64,000 nucleotides of DNA from Octopus bimaculoides (taxonomy: Eukaryota). The DNA is taken from NCBI RefSeq assembly GCF_001194135.2, contig NC_068991.1, positions 25,559,952 through 25,623,951 of the forward strand, given 5' to 3'. The translations under genes were made by a program, and so were the position numbers. Shown piece by piece: positions 24,350-37,231 of the stretch (position 1 is its first letter; each line of letters starts with the position of its first letter). The notes below the pieces were generated by a model. It was not told where the DNA came from. It saw only the letters and a program-made list of their open reading frames with translations, and ran no database searches.

Positions 24350-25360
24350 AATGGGGAATTTCGGAAAAAAGGTTTCTTCAGACTTTTAGATGTTTTCTTT
24401 GGAATATCTCGACCATTTGTACTAGTGGGTAACTGGAGCACCATTTAAATTGTGTGAGGATAGATGTGTGAACAGGAGGGGGCAAAATACTCACAAACCT
24501 GCTCAGACAAGATTTCCCAAATGTGCCACTGCAGACTAATAGGAACTTCATCGGGTATCAAAGTTGTATCTAAATAGAGTATTCTGTAGGCCAGTAGATA
24601 CGGATATCATAAGTTATTCCCCCTTTAAATTCGTGGGCTATACAGACCGCAGATTTGTGATCTTTAGGGTCGACCTAAATAAGTTTCGTACGCAGGTATC
24701 CAGTTAGTGACAGCTGAATACGCCAGACCCGGCGTTCCAGGATTACAAAGACGAGATTAGCGAAGCAGTTAAGCGAGCGTTGATGGGGGTTAAACGTCAA
24801 CAACAAATGGTGGTTTACTCTGAAAAGGGCGATTAGAGTAGAGTCGATTAGGTTTAGTAATATACTAACGATAGAAAGATATAAAATAGAAAGAAACGTA
24901 ATTGGAAACTTAGGAGAAACGCTTAGGAAAGCATCGCATCCGACGTGTTCGCAGCGAGATTGGCCCTTGACCAATTCTTCAACTCTAAGCACCAAAATTA
25001 CATTGTCAGAGCTAAGGCTCTTCTTCCAAGATATGGAGGAAAGAAAACCTCTTGATGGGCCCGAGTGACGGATGCGTAACGTGTCAACAAAGCCACAGTG
25101 TAATCGTTGGAAAGCCAAAAAGGGTGCATTTTGCTCATGCCGGAACACATGTGCGCGATATTTCAGCAACATTTCACTCAAATGTTTGGGACGAATAGTA
25201 AACCGGACCGCAGCATGGACTTCAATGCCTAGCTCGACAGCGTAGCAAATTCCTCAGAAAGGGAAGCAGAGCGTTCGGAAGGCGAATAACAGCCGCCAAA
25301 ATACAGAATGTGGGGGATGAGCTAAACGGAGTTAAATCGCCTGTTTGAATGGTGCTGACA
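24350..25360 (+). mobile_element. Degraded L1/Tx1-like LINE ORF2 fragment (AP endonuclease end and linker toward RT)
   Basis: FFRLLDVFFGISRPFVLVGNW (GDWN-like), GYTDR (SDH-like), NKWWFTLKRAIRVESIRFS, AARLALDQFFNSKH, MCAIFQQHF, EGRITAA...KSP; heavily interrupted; may continue to about 25700. Confidence 0.65.
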
Positions 25361-25784
25361 GGTGAGCATACACCCGAACTACCGAGTAGATATCGCTGTT
25401 CATTGCAGCAATTCAGCCACTGAAAATGGAAAGTGGAGCCGTTATAGTGAGGTACCAAGTTCTACTTAAGGCTTTTTACTCGGAGGGGTGGAGGAGAAGC
25501 AGAAGCAGTTGCAAACCAGAGGGTAAGGTGATGAACAGAAGAAATGCGAAGTCGTCTCAAGCCTCTGCTACTCCCTTCAACTAGGAGGATTATTGCATGT
25601 AGAAGGACCGCCTGACTGGAGAATTTCGTGTTTCCATTAGAAGCTAAAGGGCAGGCCTTCAAAATTAACAAAAAATGGGGCTGGCACGATGTTCAGATGG
25701 TAACAAATGCATTTATATGTGTGTGTGTGTGTTTGTGTGTGTATGTACGTACGTACGTGCGTGTATATATATATATACATATCA

Positions 25785-26070
25785 TTTGCTCGGGAAATTA
25801 ACGTGCAAGTGGCTGAGCACTCCACAGACACGTATACCCTTAACGTACTTCTCGGAGAGATTCATCGTGACACAGAGTGTGACAAGACGAGCACTTTAAA
25901 ATACAGGCACAAAAGAAACAGTGAGAGTAAATTGTGGTGAAAGAGTACACCAGGGTTCTGCACCACCCCCTGCCGGAGCCTCGTGGTGCTTTAGGTGTTT
26001 TCGCTCATTAAACATTCACAACGCCCGGTCTGGGAATCGAAACCGCTGCCCTAACCACTGGGCCGTGGCG
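25785..26070 (-). mobile_element. SINE family C copy
   Basis: Closely matches 58986-59376 (gaaattaacgtgcaagtggctgagcactccacagacacg...ctgggaatcgaaaccgc...ccctaaccactgggcc). Confidence 0.9.
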
Positions 26071-27544
26071 CTTCTACTTATATATATGTATACACACACA
26101 CAAAAAGACGTCTATCTATGAAGCTGATGACATCTTCATTGGCAACCTTGCACTATCTTTTGCAATTAGTTCATCTCAACACATTCCTATGTAAGATAGG
26201 CAACCCTGATCAAAATTACATCTCATTTTCTATCCATCTGAAACCTCTTCCTTTAGCTAATGTAAACCTCAAGCCTCTTAACAGAAACTTCATTCCGCTG
26301 AACCAGGATCGTGAACCACGTAGATTTAACTTACTCAGAGCTAATTGGCATGAGCATAGATTTGTTCTGGGTAATGAGTACTCCTGTCAACGACGCGTAA
26401 CAAGAGTAGCCATTCCATGGTGTTAGCCACTGTGATTTCTGTGGTGGCCGAAATCACAACATTTTAAGCCTTTTATGTATGTTGACTAAAACCCTATACA
26501 TCCCAGTTCGTACCCTCAACCACTATTCTTGGAGGATCCCCTTCCCCTCAAATATATAACATCAGTCATTATTACGATATTTCAAATATATTCAGCAGCG
26601 TATTTCGAAAAGAAGTTTGGGCAGTAAGATTTATACAAAATTAGCATTTTCTCCATGTGTCTCCCAGACCATTTTCATATAATTAATGTTTATCTTAGGT
26701 AAGTATTGTTGAGTGTTACCATAATTACACACTGACCCCAATTGATGATTGCAATAAGGAATCCTTGGAAAAGCATATTTCTCCGGCTCTATTTTTGGTC
26801 GCCTCTTCATGGAACCAATCATCGTACAGCACATTTCATTCACAAAACGTTTTGTTCGTCTGACGCTATAGAAGAAAGTACTTTCCTAATTGACACAGTG
26901 GGATTGAACCAGATATTTGAAAACCTCCATCTGTTTAGTTACCATCCTTGGCTACTTCTATATTTCTCGGAATGCAATCTTTTACATTCTGCGTCCGTCT
27001 ATTATCACTTAACATTTGTCTCCAGACCATGTAATTGTGAAACGAACTACTTAATACTACGGTCATATCTGAGTTCATAAATATCTCTTTGACGATAAAT
27101 TCTCATGGTTTCTTAACTTAGTTTTTCTTTCACCTACAATACAATATCATTACGATTACGGTATTACCGTGTCTCAAATCTTAATATAATTGGACACAAC
27201 ATTTCTATTAAAAATAAAATCTATTTGACGTCAGTAAGAAGTATTCCGTGTAAAATATTCTTACAACAGAACATGTTGTTAAAATATATTTTAAAACCTG
27301 ATGAATATCGGTTCAGCGTAGAGTATGTAGCTGTTCCGAAGCTTCTCATTTATAACCAAACCACTCATCACGTTATCCCACTACTCCGTAAAGGCCTTTC
27401 GTTTCCATTTGGAGTTTCTCACTCCACTGTTTGAGAAATTCATCTCAGTTTACATCTCCATCTCTTAGTTTGTGACCTTCGGCTTTTCCTACAGTTTCTT
27501 GGAATCAATTCTGTTAGCGATTTCGTTCAACTGTTGTCACTTAC

Positions 27545-27596
27545 CATTTGAATGTCCCCAGCCCAATTCACCTTCAACAATTTTATAAATTACAAT
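27545..27596 (-). CDS. Short exon candidate (IVIYKIVEGELGWGHSN)
   Basis: Strong donor aatg|gtaagt, weak acceptor aatagcag|; resembles the CNBD motif MYxIxxGxL by eye only. Confidence 0.15.
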
Positions 27597-27846
27597 CTGC
27601 TATTCTATTTCCTTTGTACTCGGATTAACTTCGTTAATTCCTTCCCTATCAAGCACAATGCTGTGGGGAACTATAAACTACCATGCAAGTACTTTCGAAA
27701 TTCGTAGCAGATTTCAACCCTATCACATGAGGGATACTGAAAAGTATATAGTTTATATCGCTCTCATAATGAAGTAAATTTTCCTATGACGATAAAACAC
27801 AAGACCAGTGCACATATCTTGAACTTCAGTTGCAATATCATCAATC

Positions 27847-28057
27847 GGTGGCGAGAACCATTTGCATCCCGGGCAAAATGATTAGCGGCATTTCGTCCGT
27901 CTTGACGTCCTGAGTTCAAATTCCGCCGGGGTCGACTTTACCTTTCATCTTTCCCGATCGATAAAATAAGTACCAGTTGAACATTGGGGTCGATGTAATA
28001 GACTTAGCCCTCCCCCGAATTTGGTGGACTTGTGCTAAAATGTGAAACCGATATTAC
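27847..28057 (+). mobile_element. SINE family A copy, near complete
   Basis: ggtggcgag head, gagttcaaattccgccggggtcgacttt, gataaaataagtaccagttgaacattggggtcgatgtaat, and tail. Confidence 0.88.
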
Positions 28058-28920
28058 TCGTTCACTTATTATATCAACAATTTACATACAATTACCTATT
28101 ATTGATTTGAATGAAAGGCTCATCGCAGTTTATATGACGAGCAGTTTCGCTTTAAACATTCGATAGAAGTATTTATTGGAAATTATCTCCTATTTATTGA
28201 GAAACTATCTCAAAGAAGCATTCTACATGCTAGCTGCGAATGTAGATGGAATTCGTGCAACATACAAATTTGAAGGTCTTGGTTTAATCCAGAAGAATGT
28301 TTACGCATTTAGTAGACGTGTAAGTGTGATTATGTTTGTATTTGGCATTATCGACGCTTATAACAGTTGTAAAATGGAAACAAAAGGACTGTTTTAGTTG
28401 CTCTGCTGAGTTAAGTGTTCAGAAAGGAACAAGCGACTGTTGTCAAACAATAGGAGATATGCACCACACGCACACAACCAGCTTTTCTCTCTCCACTAAA
28501 TTATTGGCAAGCAGCGCTGCACATCGTGGGGCTGCAGTAGAAGATATTTGCCAAAGTAGGACACTGCGCAGTGGAACTGAAATCGAAAGCAAGTAACCGT
28601 GAAGCAAACTCCTTAACCAAAGCTGTCTCAAAATCTTACTATCTTAAATAAATAACTAAATCCAAGATCTTCTACTATGCCATTCCTTCTACGATAGATA
28701 TTAATCTTAAATTTTTAATGAGTAAAGAGGGGTGTATATTATTAATAATTCAATATTCAAAGAAGATTAACTGGGGGAGTGGGAGAGAGAGGGGGACGAA
28801 GTGTGGGGGAGAGACTAGGAGAGAAAAAGTAGGTGAGCGAGTGAAAGAGAAATTTTGTGAGATAGAGATTTGGATTTGGAGAGAGAAAATGGAAAGGAAT
28901 GTGAGAGAGACGAAGAAATA

Positions 28921-28955
<35 letters not shown>

Positions 28956-29595
28956 CAGGCAGAGATAGTAAATTTATCAGAATGCTGAACAACAGGATGT
29001 TTTTAAAGTTTTGCATATTTTTAAGGTTGTTAAACAGAAACGAATTAACATTAGTTTCAAATGTTGACACAAAGCCAGCAATTTCTGAGGAGGCAATAAG
29101 ACCATTACATNNNNNNNNNNNNNNNNNNNNNNNNNNNNNNNNNNNNNNNNNNNNNNNNNNNNNNNNNNNNNNNNNNNNNNNNNNNNNNNNNNNNNNNNNN
29201 NNNNNNNNNNNNNNNNNNNNNNNNNNNNNNNNNNNNNNNNNNNNNNNNNNNNNNNNNNNNNNNNNNNNNNNNNNNNNNNNNNNNNNNNNNNNNNNNNNNN
29301 NNNNNNNNNNNNNNNNNNNNNNNNNNNNNNNNNNNNNNNNNNNNNNNNNNNNNNNNNNNNNNNNNNNNNNNNNNNNNNNNNNNNNNNNNNNNNNNNNNNN
29401 NNNNNNNNNNNNNNNNNNNNNNNNNNNNNNNNNNNNNNNNNNNNNNNNNNNNNNNNNNNNNNNNNNNNNNNNNNNNNNNNNNNNNNNNNNNNNNNNNNNN
29501 NNNNNNNNNNNNNNNNNNNNNNNNNNNNNNNNNNNNNNNNNNNNNNNNNNNNNNNNNNNNNNNNNNNNNNNNNNNNNNNNNNNNNNNNNNNNNNN

Positions 29596-29751
29596 TCATC
29601 GACCCCAGTATGCAACTGGTACTTATATCGATCTCGAAAGAATGAAAGGCAAATTCCAGTTGGTCAGAATTTGAATCCAAAATGTGAACACGGATGAAAT
29701 GCCGCTAAGCGTTCCGCCCGGTATACTAACGACACTGCCAGCTTTCCGCCA
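29596..29751 (-). mobile_element. SINE family A copy cut by an assembly gap
   Basis: catcgaccccagtatgcaactggtacttat...gaatttgaatcc...gccagctttccgcc. Confidence 0.8.
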
Positions 29752-30060
29752 TAGAAACGAATCAATATTAAAAAGTTTCATAATCCATAAATGAATTACG
29801 CTATATAATCTGAAATAATATTTTAGAATTTAAATATCAAATGTGATTGTTATTACTTATTTTTCATCAAAATATTCAGATAGAATTGAAGTGAAATGAG
29901 TTGGAATGATGGCGGGAAAGGAGTGAAGAGAACTGTATCACAATTCAAGATATCTTGGTAATAAAGGACTCAGATATGACTGCATCCATCTTTAAAAACA
30001 GATAAATCACTCTGTTGCAAACACTGATAATACCACTCGTTGCCTTAAGTTGCACACACA

Positions 30061-30096
<36 letters not shown>

Positions 30097-30354
30097 GATA
30101 TTTGCATTTATGTTTCCTTATTTGGTGATTTCCTTCTTCGCACATTATTCATAATGCAAATAATAAACACTAGCGTCGTCAGTTACAGATTTTAGGTTTC
30201 CATTTAGCCTATCAATAGCTAACGACACTGCCGGCTTTCCGCCATAGAAACGAATCAATATTAAAAAAGTTTCATAATCCATAAATGAATTACGCTATAT
30301 AATCTGAAATAATATTTTAGAATTTAAATATCAAATGTGATTGTTATTACTTAT
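29726..30354. repeat. Direct duplication of about 135 bp (29726-29860 and 30219-30354)
   Basis: The copies differ by one substitution and one A in a homopolymer. Confidence 0.95.
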
Positions 30355-30374
30355 ATATATATATGTTACCTTGG

Positions 30375-30640
30375 CATCTGTCTTCTACCTTAGTCTCGAG
30401 TCGACCAAAACCTTGTGACTGGTTCTGGTAGATGGAAACTGAAACACGTCGTATAAATGTATGTACAGTATATATGTGTGTGTCTGTTTGTCCCCCCACC
30501 CACCCAACAAATAGTGTTGATGTGTTTACTTCCTCATAACTTAGCGGTTCAGCAACAAAAAAACAAAGAATACTATCAGGATAAGAAAATATGTACTGGG
30601 GGTGATTCCTTCGACTATAATTTCTTCAAAACGGTAGAAT
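30375..30640 (+). mobile_element. SINE family B copy (degraded)
   Basis: gtcgaccaaaaccttgtga...ggtagatggaaactgaaa, internal TA/TG repeat, taacttagcggttcagcaa. Confidence 0.75.
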
Positions 30641-30755
30641 AATTTCGTCCCCCGGTTAAGCACAACTTAACAACTTCAGTTCATTTAGGAGGACCCAGTT
30701 TGTTACAAGCATTTATCCAGCTTACCAGATACTTCCCATATATATACAAACACAA

Positions 30756-30801
<46 letters not shown>

Positions 30802-30813
30802 TANNNNNNNNNN

Positions 30814-30862
<49 letters not shown>

Positions 30863-31069
30863 TACGTATGTATGTTTATTACAAAAAGATAAAGTAAAGC
30901 AATTAATTAGAAATGAACAATAGAAATATTAATAAATATATAACTTAAAGCGAGATTAACTTATATAGGGTTTCCGATAATAATTTTCTAGCAATATTGG
31001 TATATCTAACTTTCTTATTCCTAATTTTGACAGAAGATAAGTCATTTCTCTATGGGGAAAGAAAAATTG

Positions 31070-33030
31070 ATTACATTGACCTCAATACTCCACTGGTACT
31101 TATTCTATCGATCCCGAAATGATAAAAGGTAAATCCAGCCTCAGCGGGTTCTGAATCAGAACATAAATCCAGAAGAAAAGCCATTAAGCCTTAGTCTTGA
31201 GTGTTAATGATTCTGCCATCTTGACGTCTTTCTTGGCTTCAGATTTTCGCATATGGACAGCAATTTCAGGCGGAGAGCGATAGTCGATTTACATGGACCT
31301 CGATCAACATCGAACTTCACAACATTCAGCGTATGTTTCACTATGCGGTGGTTGAACTTGAAAATAGCGTAAACATGTGCCTCAAATCACAAACTGCTCT
31401 CTGAGAAAAGGACTGTAAAGGGCGTTCCGTGGCAAAAAACTTCCCTAGGAACTGGATGGTCACTATTTGAATATCCACGAATATAATTCTTCTAATTGGG
31501 TCTGATCTAGAACCTAAAAATATTAAAATCACATGATGAGAATTATATAGCTAAAATTGTCTTGAAGTTTTTAAATGTCGTCATACAGACGATAAAATCC
31601 ATTAACCCACTGTATATAACTGGTACTTACTTTATTGAGCATAAAGTAATGGAAAGCAATGCTGTCACTGGCAGGAGTAGAAATTAGAACATAAATGGAT
31701 GTAGCTAAATACCAGGAGTTTATATGTCCGGCAGAACACTACCAAAGCTTCTGTTTTAATTAATGATTGTTCCTGGTTAAAGCACAAAGGCGGACTTTTC
31801 GGAGTAGTAGAGTTACTCAATTAAATCGACCCTTCTACTTGACTGGTAATATAATTTATTGTTCCACACGGATGAGGCAAATTTGAACTCGGCGGGATTT
31901 GATTTCAGAACGTAAAGATTGTAATTAAATATCACAAGGCATGTGTTCAACACACCAATGATTTTACTCCTCAATTTTTCTAATTATGTGGTAATTAATT
32001 TGTTTCTCATTTAGGCACAAGAACAGCAATTTTCAGGGAAGGTGTCAGTCGATGCGATTGACCTCAAATTTGAGTGGTATTTTATAGAATTAAAAGCTGA
32101 GGGGTGAAGGACAAATTCTACTTTAGCAGGACTTGAACTCAGATCATAAAGAACCAAAGCATATGTCGGAACGCACTTTCCTGATGCTTTAACGATTCTA
32201 CCAGATGGTCGCCTTAGAATGGTTTCTGATTTAGGTACAATTAAGTCGATATAATCATCTCAGCAGCTTGATACTTGATTGGTAAATAATTTAAATGATC
32301 GGGTAAAAGTCGCTTACATCAACCCGAATGCTCAACTGGTACTCATTTCATCAACTCCAAAAGGATGAAAAACAAAGTTTACCTCGGCGGAATGGGTAAT
32401 TAAATATCACAAGACAATTTACCGCTTCTCAGTAACCTGAGCGCGAAATTTGGCTTTTATCATTCTGGCGTCGATAATTCAAAAATAGCCTCAATCCAGG
32501 ACTGTTTATTTGTGGAACACTTAGATCGATGGTCGCGAACATCTGAAGCATCTGTTCCGGGATTTTGAGTAGAAAGCAATAGTGCTAAATTATATGGGCC
32601 ATACTTTAACTTGGCTATCACCACAAACGTGAATCAATGGAGACTTTTATACATGAACAACCGTCAGTCTTCATCAGAAAACTACTACTACAATATATAA
32701 AACTTGCGTCTTTCACAGTGATAATAAAATAAGTGCCAGTTGAATACTGGGGTCGACCATCGTCCTCACCTCAAAATTGCTGGCCTTGTGTCAAAATTTG
32801 AAACCAATATTTTGTGATAAGTGACTTTCGTAAAGTTGAGTTGAATCACTTCAGTATTGGGTTTGCATCCAATTTATCGACTTTGAAAGGATGAAAATGA
32901 AAGCTAACTTGGGCTGGATTTGAAATTATAACAAAAAGTGAGAAGTTAGTTGTACCAAGACATTTGGTCTGAGGCTTTACATATTTTGAATGCAAATGCT
33001 TTATAATACTAGCAATTAAAGGCAAAGATT
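31070..33030. mobile_element. Cluster of roughly 8-10 degraded SINE family A fragments in both orientations
   Basis: Recurrent tggtactta(t/c)tt(t/c)atcga, cggcgggatttga(a/t)ctcagaac and aaaatttgaaacc motifs. Confidence 0.75.
31341..31513 (-). CDS. Exon candidate (SRSDPIRRIIFVDIQIVTIQFLGKFFATERPLQSFSQRAVCDLRHMFTL)
   Basis: Good acceptor gattttaatatttttag|; spacing IRxxIxVDIQIxTIxxLxxF resembles LRxxIxINVHLxTLxxVxxF of CNG C-linkers; no convincing donor before the stop. Confidence 0.2.
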
Positions 33031-33851
33031 TTCGGAGAAAGTTTTGTAGTTTGGATATTTTAAATAAAAACATATCGATGATCAACTAATCAGCAAATTT
33101 CTACTTCATCAATATGAAACATACATAAAACCCTAATCCTATTTTATGAGCTTTAATTTTATATTCCCGCTTGCATCAAAGTTGTTTGATCTATAATATA
33201 CGTATGGGGAGGAAGTATTATCCATTTAAGTCGGCTATAAGCTGGAAAAGATTACTTTTAGACACAAGTGGCTAATATAAATATTCAATATGCTTAATAA
33301 ACTTCTGCTGAATTTGGCATTTAAGAATTCATTTTCTTCTCTGTCTTCAAAAGAATTTAACTCAACAAACTAGAGTCATAGTAAGGATTTACAGCGCAAG
33401 GGCATAAGGTTTGAGTCATACGCTGCCGAAAGGTTCGTAAACTGTTATATTCTCATATTGACAGCTCGTTTAGGGATATATCCTGCGGTGCAACTGTGCA
33501 GCATTTAAAATAATATAATATAAATTAAATTAGTCACACAACGCAATAAACTCTGACGTAACTGTGCATTCGATTGAAAAATGTCAGATATTTACTGCAA
33601 CCTATTTTGTATACTGCTCGAAAGCTGAAAGGTAAATTTAAAATCTGTGTGATTGGAAAACGAGCGTAAAGATATGAAAACTACAGGGCGTTTGGCCAAC
33701 AGAATCTGCTGACGATGCCATCACAGTGTAAGAGCTTCTCACGCTTACATAAAAATGCATGCTCTACACATTATTTAATTTCAAATAGCCCTTACAAATA
33801 TACACGAAGTACAATAGATATTATCGATTGTAGAAGATTTTGTGTCTTTAG

Positions 33852-33909
33852 TCAAGAGAGAAGGCAATAGATACGACCCTATAAAGGGTCCTCAAGACAG
33901 GCGATGGAG
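33852..33909 (+). CDS. Isolated plus-strand exon candidate (KREGNRYDPIKGPQDRRW)
   Basis: Acceptor ttttgtgtctttag|, donor gag|gtatga, one open frame. No homology recognised. Confidence 0.2.
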
Positions 33910-34412
33910 GTATGATAAGCATCCGGAAATCTGGTTCAAATGCTTGCAACTCACACGGTCCTCGTAGTTACGAAGAGATATGTCAAGACTTAATTAACAG
34001 TGCCAAAAAAAAAAAAAATCCATCTTTCATTCCGCCAAAATAATAACTGTACATGGAGACAATATGAATAACGAGAGTGATTTCATGAAACTTTGAAAAT
34101 GACCTACTCACTATATTTTCGATTCTAGCCATATTAGAATACAACTATAGACAAGATGGAACATCAGGATACGTCCATAGCAAAATCCCGTGGTACTGCC
34201 GAATTCAAACAAACCGGAAATAATAGGAATACAAACCTGAAATAAATAAATAAATAAATAAATCATAATATCAAAATATTTTCAGACATTATTAGATATA
34301 AAGAGAGAAATACAATGTACAATATGCCCTACCACTGAATACATACATTGCGTTCTTGATTTATATACACTAATATAAATGTATATGATACTGAAAATAC
34401 GATACACAAATA

Positions 34413-34445
<33 letters not shown>

Positions 34446-34473
34446 ATGTATGTATGTATGTATGTATGTATGT

Positions 34474-34977
34474 CATTATTTAGTTTATTTCTAGATTTCT
34501 TGCCAATAGAGAAAGAACCGCTTTCTAACCTAGATCCAAGGTTCCTTCATTGGAATTTCAACATCAACAACAGGGTATTTCTGTATGTATGTATGTATGT
34601 ATGTATGTATGTATGTATGTGCAGATTTGTATGTTTTATGTATGTATTCTCATGCACATAGTCACATATCTAGATATGCTCTATATATTTGAATGATAAA
34701 CTTCTGGAAAGTTTTAGATTTTACAGTTCCAGTGATGGGTTGGATCTGTAGTCTTCGAATTAGCTTTCTCCTTTATGGTTTTGAGAAGTCTTATTTCTCA
34801 ATATTGGTATTTAGGCAGTGTGTTACATATCCCAGGTCCCCAATAATTACGGGTATAAACCTGAACTTGTAATCTGGATAAAGTTACTGCAGATTTCTCT
34901 TTTTCACTGATCTTCAGGTTTAAGTTCACATCAACTGGGCAGCTAATTTCCACAGCTGTGCACACCTTCTCTTCTCT
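34474..34977 (-). mobile_element. 5'-truncated RLE-type non-LTR retrotransposon of a distinct family, embedded in (ATGT)n
   Basis: Minus strand reads EEKVCTAVEISCPVDVNLNLKISEKE...FRFIPVIIGDLGYVTHCLNTNIEK*DFSKP*RRKLIRRLQIQPITGTVK.KTFQKFII (RLE C-terminus, E-x-S-x-P...K), then a 3' UTR. (TGTA)n lies at 34443-34473, at 34978-35030 and inside the UTR at 34582-34620. Confidence 0.8.
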
Positions 34978-36199
34978 ATGTATGTATGTATGTATGTATG
35001 TATGTATGTATGTATGTATGTATGTATGCATGTACTGATAGTTGAAATGGAAGAAATTAAAATTTAAAGCACTTATTTTTACAATGTTACATATTACAAT
35101 ATTACAAGGACTTTCATGTATTGTAGAGGTGCCATTTTTTAAAATATAAGCAATACAGTTTATTATTAGCAATCTTCATGTAAATGCTCATGTAGTAATT
35201 GCATTAGCAAAGAGCTAATGCGCTTCACACTTCTTTTAAGCAGCTTGAAGAAGGTAGCAACTCCGTTGACATTGATCACGTGTATTCACAGAAATATTTT
35301 AACCAGCCAGAAGCATTTCAGATAAATAATATTACTACAGTTTTCAAGCAAAATTAAATTTAAATCAATATTCTTCTTACTCTTGTTGTGGTTCTTTTAA
35401 ATTTTAATGAACAGAATATTTATCAATTTCCGGGCTCTATTTTGATTGAAGCATTGAAGTATTGATGTATTGTAGGGTCTCCAACGTTTCAGACCAAACA
35501 GTATTGTTATATAATCAAACAGAACTATTTGTATGCAATCCCTGCTTTGCTGTTAGGGAATTGGTAGCTATTGCCACCATCGAAGAGTGGCAGACAATGA
35601 ACTGAGAAATAAAACGACAGACTGAAGTCAAAAGGAGACAATCGAAGACGAAAAACATTTCAAGAGCATTTTTTCCCAGACTTATTAGGAAAAAAGTTTC
35701 CACATCGACAGAACTAGGAAATTTAAGACAAATCCTTTAAGACAAATCTGAAAATGTACATATTGAAAAGTCTCTATTCAATAATCGAAACAAAATCACG
35801 AGATGTGGAAAAGAAGATACACCAAAATCAGAGTGAGAGAGGCGCGTCAAAAAGCGCTAACAGAGTTGAAAATTTAGAAGGTAAAATTAGATCGAGAGGT
35901 ACGTTTTGAGAACGATAGAAAAGTATGTTTTTGAAAATATCAGTCGTTATATTTATACATGTTATATGTAAGAGTAGATGTGTACCTGACGCCACAGTTA
36001 GTGAGATTCAGCTGTGTGTTAACCTGTAATCATGTATGTTGGGTGTACTACACGTAAATACAAAGCAAGCAAAAAAAAAAACAGGGAAGATAATAAATTA
36101 AAAAAATAAAAACAGAAAGTAGAAAGTCGAGTGCAAAGCATGAATTTTTAAGTGTAATAACGGTTCCACTAAATAAAGTTTCTGTATCTTATAATCATA

Positions 36200-36283
<84 letters not shown>

Positions 36284-36340
36284 CGCTGCTGTCACTACTA
36301 ATCCTACTGCTGTTGCTGCTGCTGCTGTTACTCCACTACT
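36200..36340. repeat. Compound (CTA)n/(CTG)n microsatellite
   Basis: Directly visible. Confidence 0.95.
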
Positions 36341-36479
36341 AGTGCAGTAGTAGAGTGGGTATTATGTTAGATATACAAAAATGAAAATGCAAAGGTGTGA
36401 GACTTTCGAATGTACTGTACAGTGGGTGAAACGCGTGTGTGTATATGTGTGCGTGTAGTGCATATATATATACACACAC

Positions 36480-36513
<34 letters not shown>

Positions 36514-36812
36514 ATGCCTATATACATGCATATGTAGATGCCTATATGTATATATATATATATTAAAAATATACATATATATATATATATATNNNNNNNN
36601 NNNNNNNNNNNNNNNNNNNNNNNNNNNNNNNNNNNNNNNNNNNNNNNNNNNNNNNNNNNNNNNNNNNNNNNNNNNNNNNNNNNNNNNNNNNNNNNNNNNN
36701 NNNNNNNNNNNNNNNNNNNNNNNNNNNNNNNNNNNNNNNNNNNNNNNNNNNNNNNNNNNNNNNNNNNNNNNNNNNNNNNNNTATATATATACATACACAT
36801 ATATTCATACAT

Positions 36813-36854
<42 letters not shown>

Positions 36855-37027
36855 CCCCCTTTCATACTCATACATATGGATGCGCATATATGCGTGTGCG
36901 TCAGAATCCCTGTCTGTTAAATTCATAACACATTTGTGTTCCAATTTCTCCACGGACGCTATATTAAGAGAGAAACACAAATGAAAAAATAACATTGCAA
37001 CAAAATTACAAAATATGTAAACTAAAA

Positions 37028-37231
37028 TAATGATTTCAAACTTTGGCACAAGGCCAGCAATGTTGAGAATTGGCTAAGACGACTACATCGACCACAGTTT
37101 GCAACTCGTACTTATTTTATCGACTCCGAATGGCTCGACCTCGGCTGCATGTTGAACTCAGGACTCAGAAGACGTGTAAAGTGGCGCTAAGCATTTTGCC
37201 CCGCGTGTTAACGATTCTGTCAGCTCACCGC
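37028..37231 (-). mobile_element. SINE family A copy
   Basis: tttcaaactttggcacaaggccagcaa...gtacttattttatcgac...gattctgtcagctcaccgc. Confidence 0.88.

Noticed and set aside
25440-25640. RTE-like GGG...RVR...PLL motif
   Set aside because: Weak match with two stops; better treated as a continuation of the L1/Tx1 relic or as noise.
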